Of a DNA stretch of 64,000 nt, positions 27,604 through 43,380 are shown piece by piece. Positions within the stretch are counted from its first letter, which is position 1. Each line of letters begins with the position of its first letter. The DNA is from the human T2T-CHM13v2.0 reference genome, Homo sapiens. Position numbers and translations under genes: made by a program. The notes beneath the pieces were generated by a model, which saw only the letters and a program-made list of their open reading frames with translations, ran no database searches and was not told the DNA's origin. The stretch is from assembly GCF_009914755.1 (NCBI RefSeq), contig NC_060942.1; one strand, 5' to 3'.

Positions 27604-29149
27604 ACCATAAAGATAAGCAAAGTTCTAAAAGACAAAAGGCTGGGGTGAAGGAGTTAGTGAGAAGTCTCCTTATATATTTCAGTTCTAATTTAAGTATTAT
27701 TAGTGATCACAGTTTCATAAGAGCACCAAGACCATTTCATAGCGCTTCCCATCATAACCCAAAGTCAGAGTTAAAAGTTGGATTTTGAGAGTAAAGACTA
27801 ACCTACCGCTTCAAGGAAAACGATGATGATAATAGAAGAAAACTGTAGTTGTAACATTTCTTTGAAAATAAAGCATCACTGGCTAATTTAACCAGTATCA
27901 TGATTATATGCAAAAAAAAAAAAAAAGAAAAGGCTTTTGTTAAAATGGCATGTATTTCACGTAGACACACGTAACATCCCTCTTTTCTCCCCACATATTC
28001 TTCCTGTCCCCAGCAACCACTAAATTTGGAATTCTCAATTTTCAAAAAGAGGATACAGACAGCTCATGAAACAAACTAGACTTAGTGAGCTCCCTTCCAC
28101 CACCACTCTAGTCATTGCTCTCCAACAAGCTCTTCCCAAGCTGCTTTTATCCTGTCTGCACAAAATCCCAAAAAGATTTCAACACTTCCTAGTCATATCC
28201 AGATATTTGTATTAACAATAAATGTCTTCAGAAATTAAAATCCAGCCACAGCAAAGCCAAAATCTTACTATCTCATTAATTCTTTTCACGCTACCTCTTC
28301 CAGTACTCTCCAGCTATTATTTTTAAGGCCCCTCCCGGTTCTGAAATAGCAGGAAGAGGGAGTCTGAGAGAAAAGGGGCACGATCTTAAGTGGCTGGCTG
28401 GACTGTAATCTGATGTGACAGTAATGTGTGATGGAGTCCTGTGGAGGTTGGAAGTCCAAATGCAGACTCTCACCTATAGTTAGTTCCTGATGCAGGAACT
28501 TCTCAGGCTTGTCTGCTTGGATCACTGTGACCCTTCAACCAAGTATGGCCTCTTGATCCTTTCAAGGTAAGCCAACTTCAACTATTATGTCTTACTAACG
28601 TCTACTTTGTCCATGGGGGTAATTCTTCCACCTTTGACCCATCAAACTCTGACAAAGTGCTGGCCCACTCCCATTGTGCCCTTTCTTCATTCTACCGATA
28701 CAGGGGCAGCTCCAGCCTTTATCTCACTTTTTAGGCTTTTTCAGATAGAAGTCAAGTACCAGTCTATTTATCTCTCAAACCTCAGCAGACACATGTCAAA
28801 CTGAGAAGTTCTCGTCAAGTCCTTCAAATTGGATTAACAAAAGGGAGAAATACCTTAACATATACTACTCTCGCCAAAAATCTTTTCACTATGGGGTCCT
28901 TCTCTTGAACTCACGATCTTTATACAGCCTACAGGTGAGTAACAGGTTTTAACTGTAGCAATGCTTGACTCAGGGTGTCTTTTCTGCATGTTCTGCATGA
29001 ACACTATAGCACCTCAATTTTGAATGCAGGTTACTGGCAATCTACTGTTCTCAGATTTGGGGTAAATACCAGATTTGGTAAATACCAGAACATTTCCTAT
29101 TATAACATTCTGCTATAGTTCCAACTCCAGGTAAAATATAAGCAGGTCA

Positions 29150-30135
29150 CAGCAGTCCAATGTTCTTACTAGAGGGGAAAAAAGGGAAAAAAAAAAAACT
29201 TGCTCAAAAGACAATGGAGAGCTATCAAACTAATGAGATCCAGATGAACTAAAACTGCAGCAAAGCAGCTTTCTAGGTGAACTGACAAATGCCTATCACT
29301 TCCTCCCCTGGAGTCACGTGTAGATTCTAGGTGCAGGCTAAAGGCTTGGTCTGAGAAAAGAAGCTCTGAGGAATAAAACAGTAGAACTTTTGACAGTCAC
29401 ATGAGTATTCCCCCTCAAGACGCTTATCAGATCTTAAAGCTGAGGCTAAAGAGCTCATACTTTCAAAGTCACCTCATACTTCGAAAAAGTAGAAGTGAAT
29501 CTCCCAGTGTTTCAGGGGTTAGGTGACAGTCTAACAAGCTTTCAATCAAAATCCCTGGAGCGCTGTTTGCAGGAAAGGTATAATCCAGTGGCAGACTAAA
29601 CCAAATTAAAATGGCAGTCTAGCCCCACCCAGCTCAATCGCTAATTAGATTAAGGGGAGCTTCTCTCTATCTACCTGGTAAAGGTAGGAAAGGTCAAATA
29701 CTCTGGGGAGAGCATTATTTGCAAGATCTTTATGAGTGAATTTTACATAATGTACAAAACATATGGCATACAATAAAAGCTGTATGACATGAAAATGCAG
29801 GAAAATTTGAGAAAGAAAAGAATGGACAATAACAGAAGCAGACCAACAGATGATCCAGACATTAGAACTGCCACACAGAAGACTTTAAAGTAACTATTAT
29901 AAATATATTAAGGAAATAGACAAAATGGAGAATTTCAACAGATTTGGGGTCTATAATATCAAAGGAACATACTATAACTGAAGGATATATTTGAAATTAA
30001 GAACTTACGTAGGCTTAACAGACTGAATACAGCACAAAAACAGGATCAGTAAACTCAAAAGTAGATCAACAGAAAATATCTAAATTGAAAAAGAGAAAAA
30101 GAAAAAAAAGGAAATGAAAACAACAGAACTGTAAG
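29150..30135 (+). mobile_element. Old L1 5' region/ORF1 fragment
   Basis: acagatgatccagacattagaact...gactttaaagtaactattataaatat...ggatcagtaaactcaaaagtagatcaacagaaaatatc. Confidence 0.65.
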
Positions 30136-30478
30136 AGACGTTCTGATTTTAGCCCAAGTACAACAGAAGATTTAAAGCAAGATATCCTAAACTGCTGTTT
30201 TACTATTATCTCACCTCTCTCCATAGTCCATGTGTGGGTATTGTCTATCTCAGGCACTTTGGATAGTGATACATTTACTTATATTGCCAGTGAGGACCAC
30301 ACAGGCCTGGAAGGACTCTACTACAAGACAGGAAGGGGAAGGAGTAAACAGTATGGTTTTTCCCAGAATGTAGTCACATAAGAATGTCCTGGGTATGACA
30401 TTTTGGGCTGGATGGTAAATACTTTAAAAAAAAAAAGGCCTGGGTAGCCTAGAATGGTTCCAGGTAAGACTGGAAACA

Positions 30479-30824
<346 letters not shown>

Positions 30825-31994
30825 TTAAATGCCTATTTTAGCTAGGTTGACTCTTTCCTGAAGCTAATATGTTAAACAGGACAAGAAAAGAGGGTATATT
30901 GTTCATTGCATCAGGTGTTACATGATAAAATTACAGAAATTGATTAATTTAGGTATAATTTCAGTAATTTTTATAAAGGGACAAAGGTCCTAGGGCAGGT
31001 AGGTATTTTCCCTGATAAGGTAAGTGATAAAAATGCCCCATGCAAGAATATACCATATACACAAGGGACTTTGAATACCAGGTCCTGGAGCAGGAGCCCC
31101 CTCAAAATACCTAACTGTAAATGTAGGCACCAGATAAGGTCCAGGGCTTAGCAAAGTGCCTTCCAAAGTGTGTTTCACGTGATACTTGACCTCATCACAA
31201 GTGCTTTCACATTTATAAACTGTATATGACAAACTGGATGATAAGGCTGATAAAAGGTCCCTATTCCCCATAACCTCAAAGTTCTAATTCATATTTATAA
31301 AGTTTTATTGCTCTGACTTTATCAACAAATTTTATACATTTAATAAACTAAATTATACATCATGCAATGTTGCCTGGCAAAAACTTTTTCTAAGCAGAGA
31401 CAATACATTTTAATGTCTACAATTTAATGTGAGTTCTCCTGAAAAACAAAAATAGAGAACGAAGACCTAGAATATCTGAATATTTCCAATAAATCATATT
31501 CCTAGCTATAATGTTTTATAGCTTATGAAGCTCATTTACATTATTTCAATGGACCCAAAAGTCATACTGTGAAAGTACTCAGATAGCACTACTGCCTTTC
31601 ACAGCTGTGAACAGTAAAAAAAGTACAGTCATATTCCCTAGGATCTACATTCATCAATACTAAAGAAGCTGACACAAAAACAGGTTATCAAACTTGAAAT
31701 TCAGAGTTCCCTCCACCATAGTGTTTCATACATATTACGATACAGACAGACACACGCACATGCCTATGTATGAATGAGAAGAAAGAATTATCCTATTATG
31801 AAAAAGCAGTTGCTTAAGAATGGAAGAATACTACAGTTTGGGTTCAAAAAGACTTCTCTTTAGCTATTCCTGGTTACCTAGAGAAGCAAAAGGGTATGAA
31901 CATGAGGTTAGAAATAAAAGATGACAGTTTTTTTAATGACAACTGCTCTATTCCAAGACAGTCTGCATAAAGTTACTAATTACTCTGATGTTTA

Positions 31995-32370
<376 letters not shown>

Positions 32371-32505
32371 CTAGTAATACAACGTTCACTACAGAGGAAA
32401 ACTGGGTGATGAAAAAACAGGGGTGGGAGGGAGACTGATTTTTCCACCGTATAATCATGGTTGATTTTTCAGTTATGTACATGCTACTTTATGTTTTTAA
32501 GTAAC

Positions 32506-32677
32506 TTTTTTTTTTTTTAAAGGGACAGACTCTCACTATGTTGCCCGGTATGGAGTGCAGTGGCTGTTCACAGATGTGATCACTGCACACTAGCCTGGAA
32601 TTTCTGGGCTCAAGTGACCCTCCTGCCTCAACCTCCCAAGCAGCTGGGACTACAGGTGAATGCTGCCACGTCTGGCT
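32506..32677 (-). mobile_element. FAM (fossil Alu monomer)
   Basis: Monomer retaining the 7SL-like segment (gtgcagtggctgttcacagatgtgatc). Confidence 0.8.
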
Positions 32678-33047
32678 AGAAATACACTTTTTGAAGGCAA
32701 AAACAGTCATAAACATACAAATATCAGAATGCTAAAAAAAATAGAATTGCCTTTTAACAGAAAAAACTGACTTCAAAGAAAAAAGACAAGAATAGTCTTG
32801 TCATAAATAGACACGAATTAAATTGCCCAAAAGTCCTATTTAAACATTTAATTGTGCTGACTATAAAAGTGATATACTTTTATATATAAATACTAGAAAA
32901 AAAAATACAGGACTTTTCTGGGTCACCCATACTCATTACTAAAAATTTGGTCAATTAATCTCTAAAAGTTCATAATTAAGTGTTAACATTTTTAGAAGTA
33001 TGCTTTATCAAGCTAAGAAAACTCTTATTTCTAATTTGTTAATATGA

Positions 33048-33486
<439 letters not shown>

Positions 33487-35449
33487 TATGTTTTTGTGGT
33501 TTTGTTTTTAATAAACCACTGAATTCTAGTTTCTGATATTTTATTTATGACTTTTGCATCTATGTTTATAAAGAGTGGCATAAACTTTTCTTTCGCTATT
33601 CTTGTTTAATTGTGGTATAAAATAAGCTTAAGTGTTCTTTATTAAAGAAACTAAAGGTTAGGACTGGGTTTTTTCTAATTCATATTAAAAACAATACAGA
33701 TTCCAATGGACTGGTGGAAAAAATGATACTGAAACAAACATCAGGAATCTTTGACAATATTCTGATTATTTCCTTGGGATGAAAGATCAAAAATGTGATT
33801 ACATGGTCAGAGTACCACCTTAGGAAAGTCCTTTTAATTTATGCTTATGAAAATAAATTTTGCATTCCTATACATTTATGTATAATCAATATTATAAAAT
33901 AGCCATTTTAGACCCCATAGTCCTTACTTTTAACTTTACAGACCTCCATCCCCACTGCAATTTCAATTTTGCTTTACTGTGGATAATAATATATTGAAAG
34001 CTTTTTCCTTATGTCTGATTCTTTATCTAAATATCAATTGCCATTCTGATTTCACGACCAAGTTGTCTCCCATCCCTCGGACTCAAAAATGTTTGAGATG
34101 AAAAAGCTTCCTGAAATTTTTTATTATTTAGCTCACTGCAGCTTTTATTGAGGTTAAGCTCTACCTATAAATTACTCTGTGTCACCACAGAAAATGGTGG
34201 GAAGGGAGCGACAGTGACGTATCTATAACTACAGCTTTTAAACTGCCAGAGGCAACAAGAGTAATGAGATGAGGGGAGTGGGAGGGACACAAAGCCAGGA
34301 CTATGTTTCTGCCCTAACTTTAACCCCACTCTAATATTAAGGGGCTGAAAGTAGAGAGGAGGAACTGTTCAGTAAACATTTCAACAGAAAACATTTGCCA
34401 TTTCTTAAAATTAAGCAATTTGTTTCCCGTTCTTCATCAGCTGAACTTAGTTGTATTTTTTGGCTTATAAAACCATAAAGGCACTTTACTAACATTTTAC
34501 TTGAAATTCTGAGTAAACGTGCTTACAAATCCATTGTGTATCACATTTTGAATAATTCTGTTTAAGCTAAGGTTTGGATTTAGCCATAACAAATCTTTTC
34601 CATCCCACTTCCCATCTTTTACACTCTACATATAAATGAGTTCCCTGAATTCCAACTAAATTTCTTACATTTAAGAATATTTAGTTGTTAAGAAATGACT
34701 AATAACCTGACACAATTTAATTGTTCTACTACTAAAAACAAGCTTTATAAAATATATGGCACTAAGCTACAGTGTGTAAAAAGTTAAAATTTTTTTGATA
34801 GACCATGATCAATAATAACAAATCTCCATTTTTGCAACATCTAAAAAAACCACCAAATTAGGCAAATTTCTACGCTTCAAGGAAACTTCAATAGTGAAAA
34901 ACAAGATAATGGACAATTATCACTTCAACTTCATTAATCAGGTGAGAGGGCAGAAAAAAATGTTTTTAATGATGAAGCAGCTCCAGAATATGAGCTCTCA
35001 GAGATCTCTATCTCCAAAAGAGGCTGTAAAAAGAATGGGAAATAAGGAAAAGAGCTATGACTAAGGTGACCTCCTCCACAGGTTAAATACCAGCAATGGC
35101 CAATTTTAGTACTGCTGTACCTCCCTAAAAGATTAGACTCTCTCAGGCTCTGCTCTGGATAACCTCACTGCAATGGCAACTTGAGCCTTGTTGAAGTTGT
35201 GCAAAAACATGGCTCTATCTCTGCTGTATCACACAGCTCCCTTCAATCAAGTGATACCAGTCTCCCGGCCTCCATTCTTGACAGCCTCAAGGAGTTTTCT
35301 CGCTGCAACCCACGTTGCACTTGAAATTAATCTGACTTCTGAGCCTTCAGACCCTACGGCACTTAAACGGCCCCAACCTCACCCGTCACCCTCAGGTTAA
35401 GTGTGAACACTGGCACAGCATGAAGTGACTCCTTACTACCTATACACAC

Positions 35450-36580
35450 TATGGCCATTTGCCACCCCTTACTTTATACTCTAAGGATACCCAACTTGTT
35501 TGGAACGCTTCACCAATCCTCCCCCACCTCCCAATCTCCACACCACCGCACTACATGTGATGAAACAGGCTTCTCCTAATTCCTCCTTTACCCCGCTCAA
35601 CTCAAAATCACCAGTATTCCTCCAGAAGGAAACTTTCCACAAGCCTCCTCTGGATATAGCCCCAAGCATACTTCTTTTATAACATCTACCAAGCCTCATG
35701 AAACCATCTTTTTCTAAGTTTATCTCCCTTACTAGGAAGTAAGTAGTTTAAAAGCAAACACTGTATCTTAACTCCAGTGAGGAAGAGCACACCAGGCACA
35801 TAGTGGGCATATGATAAATGGTTACCTAACTGAAATCCCAAGCACTACACAATGAAGAATGAAATATAGCTTGACTTCTCAGCCCATTCACCAGGAAGTC
35901 CTCAGTTCCACTTCTAAAACCCATGCCAAATCTGTTTACTTCGTGTGCTAGCACAGCCACCACGCCAGTCCAGCCTCTATCGTCTTGCATTTAGATTCCT
36001 CACAGCCTCCTAATTTTCCTGCTTCCATCTACCCTACTACACACATACCACTCTCCCGCAGCCAGAAAAATCTTTGTAAAAATATGTAAGATCCTCTTTA
36101 AAATCCATCAGAATAAACTTACTTGCATCCTGTTATATTCAGACTAACATTCAAACTCTCACCACACTCTAGGATGCCCTGTATAAGCTTTGGGCAAGTC
36201 TTGTCCTCCATCTACACTGGGCTCCTTTTAAATATTCTAATACAAGAAGCTCACCTCAGTGTCTTCACTCTGGCTCTTCCCTCTGCCTAGAAGACTCTTC
36301 CCTCAGTTGGCTGCTGCTTCTCCAAGCTCCACGCAAGCATCACAATCCGACCCAAAGCAGCTTTTTAATTCTTCATTCTATCATATCACTGCATTTGGTT
36401 GTCTTCTTTGCACTCATTACCATATCAAATTATAATTAATTTGTTTACTTGTTTATCGTGTATTTCTATCCCTTAGGAAGGCAGGAGTTTTGTGTTTTGT
36501 TAATCACTGTTATCCTCATATGTCTAGAAACAGTGCCTTCTACATAGCAAACACTCAATAAGCATTTGTAAAACAAATCA
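35450..36580 (+). mobile_element. Two L2 3' fragments
   Basis: L2 termini accaggcacatagtgggcatatgataaatgg (about 35790-35830) and cagtgccttctacatagcaaacactcaataagcatttgt (about 36530-36570). Confidence 0.75.
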
Positions 36581-37507
36581 ACAAACCAAAAAAGCAACCT
36601 TTAAGATATACATAAAACAAGTAAGGGAAAGAAATGGATGGTCTACCAAACAAGGCAAGAAACATTCTACTGTTAGTATTTGCAACTAGACAGGCTGCAC
36701 TGGTGTTATTGGGATCTGTTATCTATAAGCATCAAAAGTGTACTTCTCAAAGTTCAAAGTCAAGTAGAATGGTTTCACATGCTATATGCTAGCCCACGGT
36801 ATGACACTGCAAACTATCATTTTAGAGAATTCTTACATTTAACAATCTCCCCAAAATCTGTAATGTACACAAGTAGTAAAACACACTTTAAAACACCTGT
36901 CACTTAATTAAAAAACAATACTTATGACAGTGGTACTTATCTGTAAATGATTAAATTTATCCTCAGAAAACTTCAGACTTTTAAAGTAACAGGTCCTCCT
37001 AACCTAAGAGGCAGGTCTTTAAGACAGGTTCTGACTAATGCCTACAACAATTAAGAAGCCACCTAACACACTATTCTTTCTTGGAAGCAATGCTGCAACG
37101 CAAAGAAAAACCATATAAAATTCATTAAAAAGTGAGCAGCCTCTTTTCACCCCTGATGAAAGTTTTGACTAAAGGAGGAGAAAACTGTAGGTTGCTACTA
37201 TGTTAGTGATAGAAAAAGCTTCAATTCTTTATTCAAGTATCATTCAATCACGGAAATGAGGATAACATACAAATGTAGGCAATGAAGATAATAAATCTAA
37301 GTATCTTATTTAGCTTGATTAAACCTCACTATTCAAGAAAATAATTTATAAAACAAGTCAGCTAGCAAAAACAATTTATACAAGGTTAAAAACAGTCATA
37401 TTTCAATCATCACTTTTTACAGGCAACTTGAAAGGAACACAAATTCAGTAACTTTCCTTCAGATTCCTTGACATAATTTGATCAAACCTGGGATCTAACA
37501 AAACTTA

Positions 37508-37954
<447 letters not shown>

Positions 37955-38149
37955 TTAAATGAATGATGGAAACAAACCCTTCTAAAAACAAGAATGTTGT
38001 AAGGACTCCTCTTGTGGGAAAATACAGTAATTTTGCAAGTAAAATCAGATACTTTTAACGATTTTTCACCACCAATACTATTTTAAACTCTTAGTAGTGT
38101 CAATTAAAATATTTTCACAAAAGGTTCTCTTACTTTTTAGAACTTCACT

Positions 38150-39430
38150 CTAATCTCAAAAGACTATACAAAAATACATTGAAAATTTGTAAGCCCACTC
38201 TCCCCCGGGTTTTAAACTTTCATAACTAATAGGAGGCAAAATCTACAGTTACAAGAAGGGAAAATGCGTAAAGTGTGAAGTAATCAAGAATAAAGAAATA
38301 AACATGGCAAACAGAGTCCGTGGAGAAAAGCTGTAGTCCGGTTTCACCTGCTCTTGAGAGAAATTTTTTAACACATTGTTTTTTTCATTTTCATCTAAAT
38401 AACAATTTGCATAGTGAGTAAAGTCAGATAGTTTCTCTTCCCAATTTAAGGAATTGTACCTTGTCTTTTCTCTTCCATAGGAATCATTTTTATTAAGCTG
38501 TTTTGTCTATTCAGCGTCATTTTACAAATATAAACATGTATACATACAACTAACCACATTCCCACCTTATTGCTGTACAAAAGTAGCATAATATTCCTTA
38601 TTTTGTATATCTTGAAATTATTTTTTTATTTTTATTTTTTTGCTTAATTCCCTGTAGGTCATTCCTTATCAGTTCACACAGAATTTAGAAAGCACTGTCC
38701 CCTCAATTTTCTAGACTCCACTACTGATACTGGTAAGTCCCACATAACTTTTATTCCTGATCCTTTAATTGGGGTTTAAAAATTGTTTCGCTCCAGAAGC
38801 TCTTAATATCTTAGCTCTTACGCTTTTCTTTCCTTTGCCTTCAATTTTAGTGAGATATAGGAAAAAGGAAAATGAATGTGTTCAATTTGCCATATTTAAT
38901 AAAGTTCCCAAAAGGCATCCTTTTTAGAAAGTAAAGAGGTCTGTAGTCTTTACATCACACACCCCAAATACTGAAATTGTAGTTTTCAAAGTGTATCTTT
39001 AAGAAAACAATGATGCTTACATTTTCATTAGTTTGTTCCTTAATTATCATAATGATCAGACAATAGTTTTTAAACGTAGAGGAGGAAGTACAAGTTAAAA
39101 TAATAATAAGGCATCATTTCATGCCCAATCTAGCTGGCAAAAATTGAATTAATTAAAATACCTACTGCTGGAGAAGATGTGAAGAAATTGTTATCATTCC
39201 ACATTGCTGGTGAAAAGGTCAAATGTGACAGCTTTATTCTAAGTAATCTGGCAATGTGCCACGTGTTACAACTAGTAACTGGATTATACGTGTATAAACA
39301 AAAATCTAGGATATTAATATGGGTTGCAGATATACCAATATGCAGAAAAGGGGGTGAAAAGATGAAAAAGGCTGAATGATATGGCCATTGTGTATGTTTT
39401 TGTGTATGTGTGTACAAAAAACTGGATAAA
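38150..39430. mobile_element. Short L1ME-like fragments of mixed orientation
   Basis: e.g. tgctggagaagatgtgaagaaattgttatcattccacattgctggtgaaaagg. Confidence 0.5.
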
Positions 39431-39679
39431 ACATTTTTAAAGGAAAAAAACAGTTTTTAAGCACACTTTGCACATATTCTTAACGTTAAAGAAGATCCTA
39501 ACACAAGATGCAAATTTATTTCCCATCAAAGAACATGGCTAATTTTCATAGATTATATGCTAAGATTCATTTCCAATGTACACAAACTGCATTCCTGCTC
39601 TAACCTCTCCATAATTCCATTATTTTGGTTTGCACCACATGGAAGAATAATTTTTTTTTTTAAATATTCCCTCTTCTCA

Positions 39680-40480
39680 GGATGGTCAATGACTAGTGAA
39701 GAAGACTGCCATGATTAAAATACACATGACAATTAAGAGAAATTGCAAGGGGGATTACAGGTACACAAAGAAACACCATCTGATTTTGCTTTAGGCGTCA
39801 GGAAAGATTTTCCTGAGGAAATATTTGCACTTCCTTGGCAGCTTGCCATTTATTCATTCCTTTTTGCATTCAACAATTTTTTTTTTTTGCCTGTCTATTG
39901 TGCCTGTATTTACCTGTTTATTCTCAAATCCAGTCTGTGTTATTCATCTGCAAACTACACTGTTGAGCTGGGACGGGTAGGACAAAAGAAATCCTTTGTA
40001 GCAAGGTATTGGCAGTGGGGAATGGAGAAGGGGTAAGTTTTTAAGGGCAGAGAGATCAACCAGCAGAGAATTGCAATACACAAAAGGAAGAATAGCTATT
40101 AGGGACATAGAAGGAACAGAGTTGATTAAGAAAAAGTTACAAATTACAGGTTCTTGCTTGAAAAACCAGTTGAATGAAAATACAATTCGCCAAAATACGA
40201 AGTATTTGGGGAACATAAGTGTTGTGTTAGTCAAACTAAATTTGCTGTGACTATGAAATTCCAGAAGGAGGTGCCCGATAAGCAGCTAGAAACAAAGGTT
40301 TGGAGCTTAGCAGAGAGATCAAACTGTCATGTGGTAATGAAACGCAATGCTGGTATATGGGAGAGCTCAGAAAGCGCCAAGTTCAGTGAAAAAAAAATTC
40401 TAAGAAATACATATAAAGGAGTTATCAAATGTGGAAAAAAAGTGGATGATTAGGGAGAAAGGTGTCATGAATACAAAGGA
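39680..40480 (-). mobile_element. L2-like fragments
   Basis: ttattcattcc...ttcaacaa; gtcaggaaagattttcctgagga; aagcagctagaaacaaaggtttggagcttagcagagag. Confidence 0.5.
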
Positions 40481-40904
40481 CAATTTATAGCAACACAACA
40501 TGGTAACACAACTTTTAAGTGCCAACACTAGGATTTATATCAAGCAGCATGATGCCAGAGAACAAGTACTTAATTGTGTCAATGCATTGTGTTGCACATA
40601 ACAATCTGAAGCTAATCTGGAGACCTAAAAAGAGCCATTAAAGGCTGAGCTCTTTATACAATCAACAGAGCTATCTGTGCCTGACAAATTAGTCCATTAG
40701 ATAGGATTAGAATGACACATTTAGCTCCAACTCCTTTCTCAATCTACAAATCATTTAACTAGTCTTTCAGTCACCACCTTCTACCTTCTTTGATGCAAAC
40801 AGCTTTCTAAAATGCATACTGCATGTCACCCTACTACTAAAAATCCTTCAATATTTGCAAAAAGTAACAGTAAAATGACTTAATATCCTTTAAGAACCCA
40901 TAAA

Positions 40905-41044
40905 CAGTGTAATGCTTCAGAGAACAGATTCTGAAGCCAATTGGCCAGGTTCAAATCCCAAGGATGCCACTTACTAGCTGCATGGCAACCTCTATACACC
41001 CCAGTTTTCTCAGCTGTAAAATAAGGATAACAGTACCTATCTTA
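40905..41044 (+). mobile_element. MIR
   Basis: ggttcaaatccc...gccacttactagctg...cagttttctcagctgtaaaataaggataacagtaccta. Confidence 0.82.
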
Positions 41045-41049
41045 AAGCC

Positions 41050-41342
41050 AATATAACAACCTCTATAAAAATGTAATATGAGCTACATATGTACTTTAAG
41101 TTCTCTAATGACATTTTAAAAAGGGAAAGAAAATAGGCAACATTTTAATGATGTATTTAACCCAATATATCCAAAATGCCATCATTTCAACCTGCAATCA
41201 ATATAAAAAAAATTTTCATACTAAGTCTACAAAATCTGTTGAGTACTTTACACTTACAGGACAACTCAACTAGGACTAGCCACATTTCAAGTACTCAATA
41301 GCTACACAAAGGTGCTGCCTACCCATATTGAATGATCCAGCC
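41050..41342 (+). mobile_element. MER33-like hAT element
   Basis: atttaacccaatatatccaaaat ... ggactagccacatttcaagtactcaatagctacac. Confidence 0.8.
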
Positions 41343-41389
41343 CTAACTACTCAAAATTTCTGCCTACTCTGCCTATCCCATATTCTCCA

Positions 41390-43380
41390 TAAACTGTTCA
41401 TAAATGCCTCTATTTAACGGCTGTAGGATCCGTAGTGATGTGACATTTTTCAATTCCTATTATTTAAATTTATGTTCTCTCTCCCCCTCCCCATCCTCCT
41501 TTTATCAGTTTTGCTAAGTGGTCAATTACATTAATCTTTTCAAAGAACCAACTTTTTCTTAGCTTTGTCAATTTTCTCTATGTAAGATTACTTTCTATTC
41601 ACTAATTTCTGCTCTTGTCTTCATTATTTCTTTACTTCTACTGTCTTTAGGTTTGATTTCCTATTCCTTTTCTACCTCCTTAAAAAAGCTTTCTTTTCCA
41701 ATGCATAGACTTAAGGCTATAAATTTCATCTTAGCATTTCAGCAGCAGCAATCTAGATCATTGTAGTTCACCTTCATTTTCAATCAGTTTAAAATATTTT
41801 CTAATAGCCATCATAAATTCTTATTTTAAGTCATATGTTATTCAAAAGCATAGTGTTTTATTTCTAGGCAGCTAGGAATTTTCTAGTTATTTTTATTTAC
41901 TATAATACAAACAACATATTCAATTATTAAAATCAATGATATTTGCTGAGGCTTTGTTCATGGCCCTAGCTTATGGTCAATTCTAGTACAATTTCCATGT
42001 GCAAGGGAAAAGATGGTTAATACCACCATTAATAGTTTCAATGTTCTACATATGACAATTAGATCAAGCCTGCTAATTGTGATGTATGTATGTCCTATAT
42101 ATGTGCATCCATTGTGATGGCATATTTGTCTGTTTCTTTTAGTTCAAAATAAAATTTTTGGTTTATAGATGTTTGGGCTATTTTACTGGGTACACATAAA
42201 GGATTGTGGTAACTCTGGTGGATCAATCCCCTTACACTATAAAATGTAGTTCTCTTTTTCTACTACTGTTTATTGTATTAAAGTCTCCTTTGCCTGATTG
42301 GTATAGCCACACTTATTTCCTTCAGTTAGCATTTGGATGGTATACCTTTTCGCATCATTTTCTCTCAATCTTTCTAGGTACTTATATTTAGGTAATTATT
42401 ATTTGTCCAGTCTGATGATTTTTGCCATTTACTTGAAATATTTAGCCCATTTCCATGTAACATAATTACTAATTTAGTTGCCTGCTTGTTTTATATTTTC
42501 TTTCTTGTCTTCTTCTGAATTTATCACATATTCTATATCCAATTTTTTTCTGTATTCATTTGTTACATTCTTTTCTTTTAGTGGTTACCCTAGATATTTT
42601 CTTATTCATCCTTCACTTAACACAATTTTCATACATATACTTTTACTACTTCCTCTATAATGCCAGAATCATAGAACACTGCTGAGTAGCAGTTTTGCTA
42701 TGAAGGAGACTACCTCTGGTTTGTCCCTGTTCCTAGGATGAGACTCTGCAGAGCCTTCATTTCAAAAGCTAGCAGATCGTTATCTTCTAGGTACCTAGAT
42801 ACTATAAGAATTGCTTTGTTTTTAAGAGACTTCTGGTTTAGCTCTCTAGCCTAAGCAGCTTCAGAATTTGGCAAATGTCTACGGGGGAAGAAACTGGGTG
42901 TGTTGAAAATCATCAGTGTGTATTCACCACTTCCTCAAACGCTTTCAACTCTCACCTATTGTTCTCAAGTCGCTTCCCCTAGAGAATCTTTATCTCAACA
43001 CCATAGGACTAGAAAATATCCCAATCTCCTTTTCTGAGATTTTGGTTTATCTCTTCCGCCCAGCTGAACTACAGAATTTAGGAATATACTGAGGGCGTTC
43101 TCTGTGTTTAAAGGCCCCTCATATTTCCAATCTGCCACTCAGGCTGCAGCCCAAAGGCCTCCTCTACTCTGTACCCAGGAAAAACAACGATCAGCTGCAG
43201 ACCTCTCAGCTCACTTGTGAAAGGTATTCCCCCAGGGTGCAAAATTTTGCTTTCTTTAATCATTTTTACACCCATTGTTCTCTATCGCTAAATATATAAA
43301 TTTTGTAAATTACCTGGCTTTTCTAGTTGTTTTATTAAGAGTCTTGGACTACCAAGAACTACTGCATCCTATCCCCCAAA
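41390..43380 (-). mobile_element. Old L1 fragments (antisense)
   Basis: ttaatcttttcaaagaaccaacttt; ttaaggctataaatttc. Confidence 0.7.
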
